Source: Deltaproteobacteria bacterium (lineage in GTDB: Bacteria; Desulfobacterota; JADFVX01). From it: DNA of 64,000 nt. The translations under genes and the position numbers were made by a program. Positions 20,305 to 28,720 of the stretch are shown piece by piece. Numbering within the stretch: the stretch's first letter is position 1; each line of letters begins with the position of its first letter. The notes beneath the pieces were generated by a model. That model ran no database searches. It was not told the DNA's origin and worked only from the letters and a program-made list of their open reading frames with translations. The stretch covers positions 11,031 through 75,030 of the forward strand of contig JAOUBX010000011.1 of the NCBI GenBank assembly GCA_029860075.1, given 5' to 3'.

Positions 20305-22161
20305 TCAGGTCGTGGCCGTTTTCTTCGTGCTTATCTGGGCAAGCCAGAAGATAAATATAACGAGGGCCATAAAGATGAGCGCCCCCGTCGAAACCACGTT
20401 AGCCGCATAACCGAGGGTCGGCGTAAATGCATCGGGAGAGGCATCTCTCATAATGTCCTTCACATGCCAATGCTGCCTGATTCCGGAGCGAATGTATCCC
20501 ATAAGGCCCATAAGCCAGGTAAAGGAAACGGCCAAAAGAAAAAGGGCATACTGCGACCGGTCCGGCACCTTTCCCCAGTTAAGAGGCGCCACTTCCTTTG
20601 CCCCCTTATACATAAAGGTGTCGATAACAGTGCATAAGACAATGATCACCAGCGTCGTACAGACCTGTGGAATGGAGGCTGCCACTTTGTAAACGGTATT
20701 GGTAAAGTAACCGTAATAAACACCAAGGATGAGAATATTGATGATACCCGCTGTAAAGATGGCCGACTGAGCGGCATTACCCGCCTTTTCCCAGCTTACA
20801 ACAGCCACTTTATTGCACCGCCGGTAAAGCATGAAGCTTAAGAAGGTAAAGGAGATCATAATATTTACAGCTGTATTCTTGGCAGGCATAATACCGAGAG
20901 GCCCGAGGTATTTATTGTAGGGACCACCCAGCGATTTAAGTTCTGCATTTGTCAGGATAAGTGTATGAGGTGTAAACCAGACCAAAAATGCACCGATGAC
21001 TGCAATGGCAATATACTTGATATACCTGGTATATCTGACAGCGCCTTCACTTCTCCCCATACAGCACCAGAGATAATAGTTTGCAGAGAGAAAAAGAGCC
21101 CCAATGAGGACGGCCTGAATAATAAAGAGCCAGGCAAAAACACCTCCCATGAGAGTAATTCCCATCTGTTGGCTATAGGCATAAATCTCGGCTGTCAGAT
21201 AATAGCCTGCAAAGGGCAATGGAAGCAGTGCCGATATGGCGATGAAGTTGGCATTATAGCCCATCCAGTCATAATGTGCTCTTTCCTCGGCCTTTGTTGC
21301 ACAGAGGAATTTATAGGCCGCATAGGCGCCGACAATGGAACCGCCATAGGCAACGTTGGCAATCACCCTGTGCAGGTTGATGGGATTCCATAAAAAATTA
21401 TGAATCACATCCCATTCGGAACCGAGGAATGCCCCCTTAATATCGACACCTGCCGGACTCATCATAAAGGTGACCCAGGCATTGGCCAGGAGCATCAAAG
21501 TGGTACCGACGGCATTAAGCATAAGCCCTATGGTGAGATGAACCCATTTTCTAAAACCTCCCTGCAGCCACTGCCAGCCATAATAATAGATGTAAAGGCA
21601 GGCGGATTCGGCAAAGAAGAGGAAAGCATAGGCCAGCATGGTCTTGCTAAATATGGATGAAAGATATTTAAAGAAATCAGGATAAAAAACGAGAAGTCCG
21701 AAAGCAGTAAGCCCGCCCAGGATAGCTGTTATGGAATAAGCCGTGAGACTAACCTTAATGAACTCATAGGCCATATCATCAAATTTTTTGTCCTTTGTCG
21801 CCATGCCGATAGATTCAATGATGAAGACAAAGATGGGAACGGCAAGAACAAAGGCGGCAAACCATAAGTGAAGCTGGGCGGCAAGCCAGACAAAGACCCT
21901 GCCGTTAATTCCGGGAATTTGCGGATAATCATCCGCTGTCAGTACCGGCGCCGGGGGATAAACTTTCGCAGCAACCGCTTCTTCACCGGCAGCGGGTTCG
22001 GCAGGAGGAGCCGCCTCTTCCTGCGAACTTGCAAGAGCCTCTGCAATACCGGAAAGTGATCTGTCAAAAGCGCCTAAATCGACTATCTGCACCAGGGCAG
22101 ATGCAATGAGAAGAAATAACAGTAACGCTCTCCACTTCTTAATAAAAGAAAGCAAGCTCAT
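20305..22161 (-). CDS. Cytochrome bd superfamily (CydA-like) membrane protein, CydB-less, copy 1
   Basis: 618 aa polytopic. N-terminal AAQLHLWFAAFVLAVPIFVFIIESIG aligns with the CydA His19/Glu helix-1 motif. NAWVTFMMSPAG aligns with the CydA NGWMQNP region. C-terminal GYIRSGIRQHWHV aligns with the CydA GWxxAExGRQPW motif. No cydB follows. Confidence 0.8.
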   Translation of the reverse strand: MSLLSFIKKWRALLLFLLIASALVQIVDLGAFDRSLSGIAEALASSQEEAAPPAEPAAGEEAVAAKVYPPAPVLTADDYPQIPGINGRVFVWLAAQLHLWFAAFVLAVPIFVFIIESIGMATKDKKFDDMAYEFIKVSLTAYSITAILGGLTAFGLLVFYPDFFKYLSSIFSKTMLAYAFLFFAESACLYIYYYGWQWLQGGFRKWVHLTIGLMLNAVGTTLMLLANAWVTFMMSPAGVDIKGAFLGSEWDVIHNFLWNPINLHRVIANVAYGGSIVGAYAAYKFLCATKAEERAHYDWMGYNANFIAISALLPLPFAGYYLTAEIYAYSQQMGITLMGGVFAWLFIIQAVLIGALFLSANYYLWCCMGRSEGAVRYTRYIKYIAIAVIGAFLVWFTPHTLILTNAELKSLGGPYNKYLGPLGIMPAKNTAVNIMISFTFLSFMLYRRCNKVAVVSWEKAGNAAQSAIFTAGIINILILGVYYGYFTNTVYKVAASIPQVCTTLVIIVLCTVIDTFMYKGAKEVAPLNWGKVPDRSQYALFLLAVSFTWLMGLMGYIRSGIRQHWHVKDIMRDASPDAFTPTLGYAANVVSTGALIFMALVIFIFWLAQISTKKTATT

Positions 22162-22182
22162 TTTAACTCCTTAGTGTATTAT

Positions 22183-22299
22183 TTAGTGATGAAAAAAGAG
22201 AGAGAGCCCCTGCGCTTTCATCAAACCAAAATCAAGGGCAAAGTAAATAACTGCTGATACGGCCAGAGAAACGATAAATGGGCCCATAAATGACTTCAT
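22183..22299 (-). CDS. Single-TM small peptide (38 aa), possible CydX-like accessory subunit
   Basis: MKSFMGPFIVSLAVSAVIYFALDFGLMKAQGLSLFFHH with GAGGAGG SD 5 nt upstream. Located 21 bp upstream of the cydA-like gene. Absent from the 60-aa-cutoff ORF track. Confidence 0.45.
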   Translation of the reverse strand: MKSFMGPFIVSLAVSAVIYFALDFGLMKAQGLSLFFHH

Positions 22300-22319
22300 A
22301 ATGCCTCCTCAATATATAA

Positions 22320-22409
22320 TCATAAAAACCAGATAAAAAATGCTGTAATGGCAATAAGCACGACAATAAACAGAGCCGGCCCTGCCAATCCTGCTTTTTC
22401 TGAACTCAT
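22320..22409 (-). CDS. Single-TM small peptide (29 aa), hypothetical
   Basis: MSSEKAGLAGPALFIVVLIAITAFFIWFL, lying between the sigma-54 promoter and the cydA-like gene. Confidence 0.35.
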   Translation of the reverse strand: MSSEKAGLAGPALFIVVLIAITAFFIWFL

Positions 22410-22595
22410 AAAGAACCTCGTATCATTATGTTTTTACCGCAGAGGACGCAGAGGATGCTGAGATTTAAATTCAATTGATGAAACGATCACATTATCAGGG
22501 GAATTACCATTCCTTTGCTGCCATCTCTGTGATCCCCACGTACTCTGCGGCTTTTGACCTGTTTATGCTTCCGACCCTTTCAGGTGTGGACAAAT

Positions 22596-22612
22596 TTGCA
22601 ACTGCCATGCCA
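22596..22612 (-). promoter_or_regulatory. Sigma-54 (-24/-12) promoter driving the cydA-like operon 1
   Basis: The minus strand reads TGGCAT-GGCAG-TTGCA, matching the TGGCAC-N5-TTGCW consensus. It sits about 190 bp upstream of the first small ORF. Confidence 0.7.
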
Positions 22613-22699
22613 TTCGTCTAAACCCGCTAAAAGTCGACAATCAAGGCGAGTTTTGCTAATAGGGCATCTTTTTTTCGGATAAAAAGCGAACAGTAAAGT

Positions 22700-22726
22700 G
22701 GTAACATTCTTACCAGTAAAAAGTGT
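22700..22726. promoter_or_regulatory. Candidate enhancer-binding-protein site (dyad GGTAA-N5-TTACCAGT)
   Basis: GGTAACATTCTTACCAGTAAAAAG lies about 100 bp upstream of the sigma-54 -24 element. The same dyad with the same spacing sits upstream of the second sigma-54 promoter at 53716. Confidence 0.6.
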
Positions 22727-23009
22727 AGTTAGAGTGGTAAAGTATTTTAAAATCCGGCAAGAATATAGTATCTTTAAGGTCTACAGCAAGACAGGCACAT
22801 AAAGAGACAAGTTGGTACTTTTTTTGCTCACGAAATGAAGGTATAAAAGATTTAAAAGGAGAATATGAATGATTAAAAAAGAACACCTGCCCAATATTGT
22901 TATCATGTCCGGCCTGGTAGTAAATGTTATCGTCATTGTGGCAATCCTCTACTTCTACCTCTAGGACTCATTCAAAGTGATAAACAACATGAAAGGGACA
23001 TGATCGAGG

Positions 23010-23639
23010 ATGCCTGAAAAAAAAACGTGCTTTTTAAATATAAGTCTCATTATCTTGGCACTAAGCTTCAGTTTAACGCTTTTACCTTTTTCCCATTTAA
23101 GAGCGAGTGAATCTCATGCAGAGGAAAATGTTTCACCTGAAATGCCCCCCGGTGGCAATTTCACACTAAACTCTGCCGACGGAGCAATATCCTTAAACAG
23201 ATATAAAGGCAAGGTAGTCGCCCTCCTCTTCGGCTACACAGAGTGCCCTGAGATTTGTCCCGGCTTCCTGACGGTAATGTCCAGGGCCTTTGCAGGGCTC
23301 AGCGAAGATGACGTTAAAAAGGTAAGGGGCTTTTTTATCAGCTTCGATCCGCAGCGGGACTCTCTTGAAAAACTCAAGGAATATTCGGCATACTTTCACC
23401 CAAATATAGCAGGCCTCAGCGGTTCAGTAGAAGAAGTTGAAAAGGTAGCGGAGCAATATGGTGCGCTTTACTATAAAATTGAGAAAGGCGGATCGCCCGG
23501 AGACTATCACTTTCTTCACTCAGCCAACATCTACCTCATAAGCCCGGAAGGCAAACTGGAATATATATTCAATGAAAACTCACCACCATCGGAAGTGACG
23601 GCAGCTATCCGGAGTCTGCTCGAAAAAGGGAAATTGTAA
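23010..23639 (+). CDS. SCO1/SenC family copper chaperone
   Basis: 209 aa thioredoxin-like protein with CPEIC (CxxxC) plus a downstream His. N-terminal membrane anchor. Confidence 0.8.
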   Translation: MPEKKTCFLNISLIILALSFSLTLLPFSHLRASESHAEENVSPEMPPGGNFTLNSADGAISLNRYKGKVVALLFGYTECPEICPGFLTVMSRAFAGLSEDDVKKVRGFFISFDPQRDSLEKLKEYSAYFHPNIAGLSGSVEEVEKVAEQYGALYYKIEKGGSPGDYHFLHSANIYLISPEGKLEYIFNENSPPSEVTAAIRSLLEKGKL

Positions 23640-23644
23640 TCTCT

Positions 23645-24094
23645 ATGATACGCATAATAATTATAACGGTCCTTCTTTCCCTTGCAGCCTGCACATCCAA
23701 AATGGCAATCCCTGCGCCTGAAGAGGCCTCCCTAATCAAGGTATCCAATCCATACATCCTGGAGCTTCCGCCTGTTTCAAAAAACAGCGCTGCATACATG
23801 GAGTTGCTAAACAAAGGCAACAGGGATGTATCTCTCATCGCAGTTTCAAGCCCTGCATCGGCTTCAGCCTCATTTCATGACCATATCCACAAAAATGGTC
23901 TCATGATGATGGAAAAACTCGACAAAGTAGCAATAAATAGCGGTGAGTCACTAAACTTCAAAGTCGGCAGCCTCCATATCATGCTGGCAGGGCTCAAAGA
24001 AAGCCTCTACAAAGGTGACATTGTTCCCCTGACATTTACCTTCAGCGACAGCAGTACACTTACAATCAATATTCCGGTACGAAAACGACAATAG
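23645..24094 (+). CDS. Periplasmic copper chaperone PCu(A)C (DUF461)
   Basis: 149 aa, lipoprotein-like signal (LAAC). His/Met-rich HDHIHKNGLMMMEK copper-binding motif. Confidence 0.75.
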   Translation: MIRIIIITVLLSLAACTSKMAIPAPEEASLIKVSNPYILELPPVSKNSAAYMELLNKGNRDVSLIAVSSPASASASFHDHIHKNGLMMMEKLDKVAINSGESLNFKVGSLHIMLAGLKESLYKGDIVPLTFTFSDSSTLTINIPVRKRQ

Positions 24095-24238
24095 CGGGCT
24101 AAGAAGTACGCCTTCAATGTAATACATCAATAATCCCACCGCAAGCAGAGAGGAATGCACCCGCCAGGGATTCTTATGCCTGATTTCTTGTTGAGAAAAT
24201 AATTGATAATTCTATCAAGTTGAAGTAACATGTAACCC

Positions 24239-24475
24239 ATGAAATTTGAAATAAGTGAAGAAACACGACAAAAAACGACAAAGTGTAAGAAAGATTTTTC
24301 ATGCCTGTCAGGTTTAGGAAAAGATATCTGCCAAGTTGATCATTTCCATGTTAAAGTAATTTGCTATATCAAATGTTCATCTACCGAAAATTGCAATTAT
24401 AGAACTGCCTTGTATGAAAGACCTATTTGTGCATGTCCCACAAGGCGAGAACTTCATGACAGGTATAATATATAA
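24239..24475 (+). CDS. Small Cys-rich hypothetical protein
   Basis: 78 aa with 9 Cys. No recognised family. Lies between the copper chaperones and the CcoQ-like gene. Confidence 0.3.
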   Translation: MKFEISEETRQKTTKCKKDFSCLSGLGKDICQVDHFHVKVICYIKCSSTENCNYRTALYERPICACPTRRELHDRYNI

Positions 24476-24681
24476 AGCAGCCTTATTATAGCTCTAAGCG
24501 CTCTTTCCTGCACTGATCAACACAACCCTTATCCTAAAAGCAGCAGTAAGCTTATTATTAATATCCCCATATAAAGACGTCACTAGCGCCCTTCTCCTAT
24601 TGAGTTAAACGTTTTCCAGCCACATCTCCTATCTCCGGCAACCGGGCATGATAGTCGAATTCATGGAAGGCGGGAATTTCC

Positions 24682-24882
24682 ATGAATAAAATTTTTGAAT
24701 CAAAGTGGGAGGCTATGACTCTAAACGATTGGATCGGGCTTGCTGTAACGGCAGTTATATTTATCTTCATGATAGTTGCTTACATCTATGTACTTAAACC
24801 AAATAACCGCGAAAAACTGGAAGCCCGCAGAAATATCATAATGAAGGAAGATTCCTCAGACAAGGATGGTGCAGATGACTGA
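24682..24882 (+). CDS. CcoQ/FixQ-like single-TM small subunit
   Basis: 66 aa, one TM helix (IGLAVTAVIFIFMIVAYIYVL). Overlaps the start of the CcoP-like gene, as in ccoQP. Confidence 0.5.
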   Translation: MNKIFESKWEAMTLNDWIGLAVTAVIFIFMIVAYIYVLKPNNREKLEARRNIIMKEDSSDKDGADD

Positions 24883-25741
24883 TAAACACGACCCCTACAA
24901 AGCAAAAGATACGGGGCATGTATGGGATGATGACATAAGAGAGCTTGATAACCCCCCACCCAGATGGTGGATATTGGGGATTCACCTTAGCTGGATCAGC
25001 ATACTTGTATACTGCATCCTTTATCCAAGCATACCCTTAATTAACGACTCAACCAAAGGCATCCTTGGATGGACGCAGATTAAAGAATTTAAATCAAAGG
25101 TGGCTGAGGTGGAGGCCATCAGAAAACCTTATAATGATAAGATAGCGGCAATGACGGCGGAAGAAGTATTAAAAGATGCAGAACTCCTCAACTTTGCTCA
25201 AATTTCATCCAGGGTCGTCTTTGGAGACTTTTGCGCCCCCTGCCACGGAGCGGGCGGACAAGGAGGGAAAAACTACCCTGTCCTCGCCGATGACGATTGG
25301 CTTTACGGCGGTTCACTGGAAGCAATAACGAAGAGTATTACTAACGGTAGAATAGGTGATATGCCGGGTCACAGTGAAATGCTGACGGAGCAGGAAATCA
25401 ACGATGTTGTCAAATACGTAGCAGGCCTCTCTACAGGACAAGTACACGAAGCGGGCAAGGCCGTCTACATGGGGAAGTCGGAAAATCGTGAGGCCAGGTG
25501 CTACACATGTCATGGCAGGGACGGTAAAGGAAAACAGAGCAAAGGCGCACCAGACCTGACCGATGCCATCTGGCGCTTTGACGGCAGCGAAGCAGGTATC
25601 AAACATACCATCGTACATGGAGTCAATTACGGAGGACCTCCAACAAGAAAGGCAAAAATGCCCGCCTTCAATAGAAAGCTGAGCGAAATTCAGATTAAAA
25701 AGCTTGCCCTTATGGTCTACCAATTCAGCGGTGGACAATAG
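24866..25741 (+). CDS. CcoP/FixP-like membrane-anchored dihaem cytochrome c (orphan, no ccoNO adjacent)
   Basis: N-terminal GHVWDDDIRELDNPPPRWW signature of cbb3 subunit III, a TM helix, then two haem motifs CAPCH and CYTCH. Confidence 0.75.
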   Translation: MVQMTDKHDPYKAKDTGHVWDDDIRELDNPPPRWWILGIHLSWISILVYCILYPSIPLINDSTKGILGWTQIKEFKSKVAEVEAIRKPYNDKIAAMTAEEVLKDAELLNFAQISSRVVFGDFCAPCHGAGGQGGKNYPVLADDDWLYGGSLEAITKSITNGRIGDMPGHSEMLTEQEINDVVKYVAGLSTGQVHEAGKAVYMGKSENREARCYTCHGRDGKGKQSKGAPDLTDAIWRFDGSEAGIKHTIVHGVNYGGPPTRKAKMPAFNRKLSEIQIKKLALMVYQFSGGQ

Positions 25742-25901
25742 TTAACAGTCATATATTTTTTAGGTCGGGATTTAAGTCCGGGATATCGGTTAAAGAAGGC
25801 AATCTAACAGGAATATGTGTGCTGATCCATAAACTTACCTTAATAGCAAAGGGCCTTTCCCTTGCATATACTTCAATCCATGCTACTATCATAATAGAGC
25901 A

Positions 25902-26282
25902 TTGAAAATCTTCCCAACCTCAGAGGGGGAAAAAGTGGATGAAAAGCTGAAGGAAAATATTAAAAGTCAAAGCACATGGATGAGGGGACTTTATATGCTC
26001 CTCTTTGCATTGATCTACAGTATAGCTGAAATAGTCGTCCTATTTATTGCGGTTTTCCAGTTTGTACTGACCCTGTTTACAGGTAAAGTAAATGAACGTC
26101 TTCTTAATTTCAGCGGGAGTCTGAGTACATTCATTTACCAGACAATGTTGTTTTTCATGTTTAACAGCGAAGAAAAACCTTACCCTTTCTCACCCTGGCC
26201 CAAAGGCGCACCTAAAACTTATAAGAGTTCAACTTCAAAAGAAAAAAGGAAGCCAAAAAGTATTAAGGAGGAAGATCAATAA
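25902..26282 (+). CDS. Hypothetical membrane protein (DUF4389-like)
   Basis: 126 aa, two hydrophobic helices, Lys-rich C-terminus. Confidence 0.4.
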   Translation: MKIFPTSEGEKVDEKLKENIKSQSTWMRGLYMLLFALIYSIAEIVVLFIAVFQFVLTLFTGKVNERLLNFSGSLSTFIYQTMLFFMFNSEEKPYPFSPWPKGAPKTYKSSTSKEKRKPKSIKEEDQ

Positions 26283-26519
26283 AGGAGGCTTTCCTATAGT
26301 CTCTTTATTAGCTATTTCAACATTTCTTCCTGAAGTCATCAAAAATACACTCTCTAGGAGCCTATGGGAAGTCGATTTAAAATTTACATCACTTTGAATC
26401 TATATTTGAATAATTTGTTGAAATTTCATATTAAAAGAATACTTTATTTAGCGCGTAGAAAAGATAATAAGATGAAGAGATGATGCAGTTTATCTAATGT
26501 ATGATTTATAGGTTCTGCA

Positions 26520-26816
26520 ATGGCTACAAGTGAAGGAGAGTATAACCCTAAAAGGCAGCATGTTCGAATAAAGGAAAAAAAGAAATGTATCTTGAGAGTC
26601 GCCTCTCTCAATTCAGAGGGGAGTGAGGCTATTTTTGTCGAAACATTAGATCACTCTAAAGGCGGGCTGGGCATTATTTACGATGGTGAAAAACTCTCAA
26701 TCGGTAATAGGTTTTTCGTATATATTGATACCTTGAATATTTCCAGCAAAGCGGCGGAGATTGTATGGTTGAGGCAGCTTAACGGAAATTATACAGCTGG
26801 ACTTCGGTGGCTATGA
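26520..26816 (+). CDS. PilZ domain protein (c-di-GMP receptor)
   Basis: 98 aa with RQHVR (RxxxR) and DHSKGGLG (DxSxGG) motifs. Confidence 0.65.
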   Translation: MATSEGEYNPKRQHVRIKEKKKCILRVASLNSEGSEAIFVETLDHSKGGLGIIYDGEKLSIGNRFFVYIDTLNISSKAAEIVWLRQLNGNYTAGLRWL

Positions 26817-26945
26817 GTCTGTCGGACTTAGGGTAAATCTAGTGCGAAAAAGAAGCTTTCCAGGTGGAAGCTTATCTTGAGGATTCACCACTTTTTTCCT
26901 GCATTGGGAATGCGCCTTTCTTAAAAGTCTTTTGAAAATAAGCAC

Positions 26946-26992
26946 AGAAACCTTGGTCAATAAAAAAATAGGGGCCCGGCCAAATCGGCCAG
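26946..26992 (-). terminator. Rho-independent terminator of the cytochrome c gene 27021..27344
   Basis: GC-rich hairpin GGGCCCGGCC...GGCCAGGCCC, followed on the minus strand by a run of seven T. Confidence 0.6.
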
Positions 26993-27020
26993 GCCCTGTA
27001 GGAGGGGGGGGTGAAAAATT

Positions 27021-27344
27021 TTAAAGTGTTTTCAGATACTCAACTACCGCCTTAACCTGATCGTCGTTTAGAAACCTGTTAGGCATTTTTGCCCTGGCCG
27101 TTACGGCTTTCGGATTTTTGATCCAGGTGAAGAGACCTTCTTCATCAAGCTTGTCCACATAAATTCCGCTTCGGCCGTAAACACCTTTCAGGCCAGGACC
27201 TACCTTCTTTTTCTCAGTCTTGTTGTGACAAGACATGCATTTTCTTTTAAAAATGTGCTCACCGTCTACCTTTTTTGCAAGAGCAGTACCTGCACTGGTT
27301 GATACAATAGCTGCAACGGCAATAGATGCTATAACTCTGGTCAT
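27021..27344 (-). CDS. Periplasmic monohaem class-I cytochrome c
   Basis: 107 aa, signal peptide, CMSCH. Confidence 0.8.
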   Translation of the reverse strand: MTRVIASIAVAAIVSTSAGTALAKKVDGEHIFKRKCMSCHNKTEKKKVGPGLKGVYGRSGIYVDKLDEEGLFTWIKNPKAVTARAKMPNRFLNDDQVKAVVEYLKTL

Positions 27345-27630
27345 TCTTTGTACTCCTTTTTCCTATTTTCTCAAAGTAGATGTATTTGAATATATAAGAT
27401 GCAACTGCCGCCAAAATTATTCCCAAAAAATAAAAAAACTTTAAATAGGTCTTTTTTTATTTAAACCTACTGTATTTGACACTGATTATCATAGATTGTC
27501 ATTGCGAGCGAAGCTCGGTGCCCTGAGCGTTAGCGAGGAAATCCCCCTGGTGTGCAATCTTGCACTAGAGATTGCTTCGTCATTTCATTCCTCGCAAAAA
27601 CATATATTGTTGGTTTCACACGATTAAGCT

Positions 27631-28143
27631 CTAATTGCTGGTGCACCCCTTGAACTCCAACTCCGGCTCTACAGTATGAGTGTAGGGAAGCCCATTTACC
27701 TTCCAGCCGTTGACTGTACGATGGCCTTTTTTATCCTTCGATCCCTCAAAGCTGTCCGACATATAATAGACCTTTTTGAAACCGGCTTCCATAAGCTTTG
27801 TGGCCGCCTGTTCCGCCCTGCCCCCACTTCGGCAGATCATAATGAGTGTCTTATCTTTGGAATATCTCTTTTCAACCATTTCGACAAATTCAGAATTTTC
27901 GTTCCACTTGGGGTAGAAACGAAGGGGAATATTGGGCACACCATTTGGCAAATCAGGGTGACCGACAAACTCATATTCAGCTTTAGTCCTCACATCGACA
28001 ATAAAAGTGTCCCTGGGACTATCCATAACCATCTTGTAGGCCTCTTTAGAATCAACCCCCTTCGCTTCCTCCTCTGCAAATGCAAAACTGCCGGCCATTA
28101 ATAAGAGAACCGAAACGAACACACTAATCCTTGATACCTTCAT
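27631..28143 (-). CDS. Periplasmic rhodanese-domain sulfurtransferase
   Basis: 170 aa, signal peptide, rhodanese fold with active-site loop CRSGGRAEQAA. Confidence 0.8.
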   Translation of the reverse strand: MKVSRISVFVSVLLLMAGSFAFAEEEAKGVDSKEAYKMVMDSPRDTFIVDVRTKAEYEFVGHPDLPNGVPNIPLRFYPKWNENSEFVEMVEKRYSKDKTLIMICRSGGRAEQAATKLMEAGFKKVYYMSDSFEGSKDKKGHRTVNGWKVNGLPYTHTVEPELEFKGCTSN

Positions 28144-28240
28144 AATCTCTCCTTTTTCCCTTAATTTTCATCAAAAAAAACTGCCTCTACCAGTACTACT
28201 TCAAAGTGAGAAGTTAGTATACATGGGTCAACTATGGTAC

Positions 28241-28360
28241 GGGCTGTTGCCCAAATCAAAAGAAGCCCTTCGACAAGCTCAGGGTGACCGTTTTTTAAAA
28301 CAAATATAACAACAATCCTGTCGTGCTGAGCCTGTCGAAGCACTTATCCGATTTGGGCAA
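28241..28360. repeat. Nested palindromic repeat element (family sharing CTTCGACAAGCTCAGGGTGAC)
   Basis: Outer inverted repeat GGCTGTTGCCCAAATC / GATTTGGGCAACAGCC encloses inner inverted repeat CTTCGACAAGCTCAG / CTGAGCCTGTCGAAG. The 22-mer is repeated at 8258-8280 in the typA leader. A diverged copy is at 27490-27545. Confidence 0.75.
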
Positions 28361-28384
28361 CAGCCTGTAGTAGTTCTAACTTTA

Positions 28385-28524
28385 TTTTCAATTTGGAAAG
28401 GAGGGATTTTTTGCAAGGTCAAGGAAATCAAGGGTTTCGCCGAGTCGTACTACTGTACGTCGCACAAGCAAATCTGAAAATTGACGCAGAGATTGCGAAA
28501 AGCACCCTTTCCGGATGAAAACTA
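28385..28524 (+). repeat. 140-bp dispersed repeat, copy A (candidate small RNA)
   Basis: About 93 percent identical to 35698..35839. Begins TTTTCAATTTGGAAAGGAGGG. Contains a hairpin CGTAC-TAC-TGTACG that shows a compensatory change in copy B. Confidence 0.7.
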
Positions 28525-28525
28525 A

Positions 28526-28720
28526 TTAGACTTCACATTTCTTGCATGTAGAAATCCCAAAAATCGTATAAAGTGGGCAATTCCCTACAAGACCCGTCAA
28601 GAGCGGAACTAGTCCCACCAGTCCCCAGAGCGTCTTTGGACCAACAACGACAAGGGATAGCAGAACAAGCCCGGCAACTACACGGATGACTCTCTCAGTA
28701 CTATTTTCATTGATTTTCAT
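28526..28720 (-). CDS. DUF2892/YgaP-like small membrane protein
   Basis: 64 aa, two TM helices, conserved GxVGxCP-like motif. Family commonly partnered with rhodaneses. Confidence 0.6.
   Translation of the reverse strand: MKINENSTERVIRVVAGLVLLSLVVVGPKTLWGLVGLVPLLTGLVGNCPLYTIFGISTCKKCEV

Noticed and set aside
28161-28343. 60-aa ORF
   Set aside because: It lies entirely within a nested inverted-repeat element and has no SD or homology, so it is most likely a non-coding repeat.
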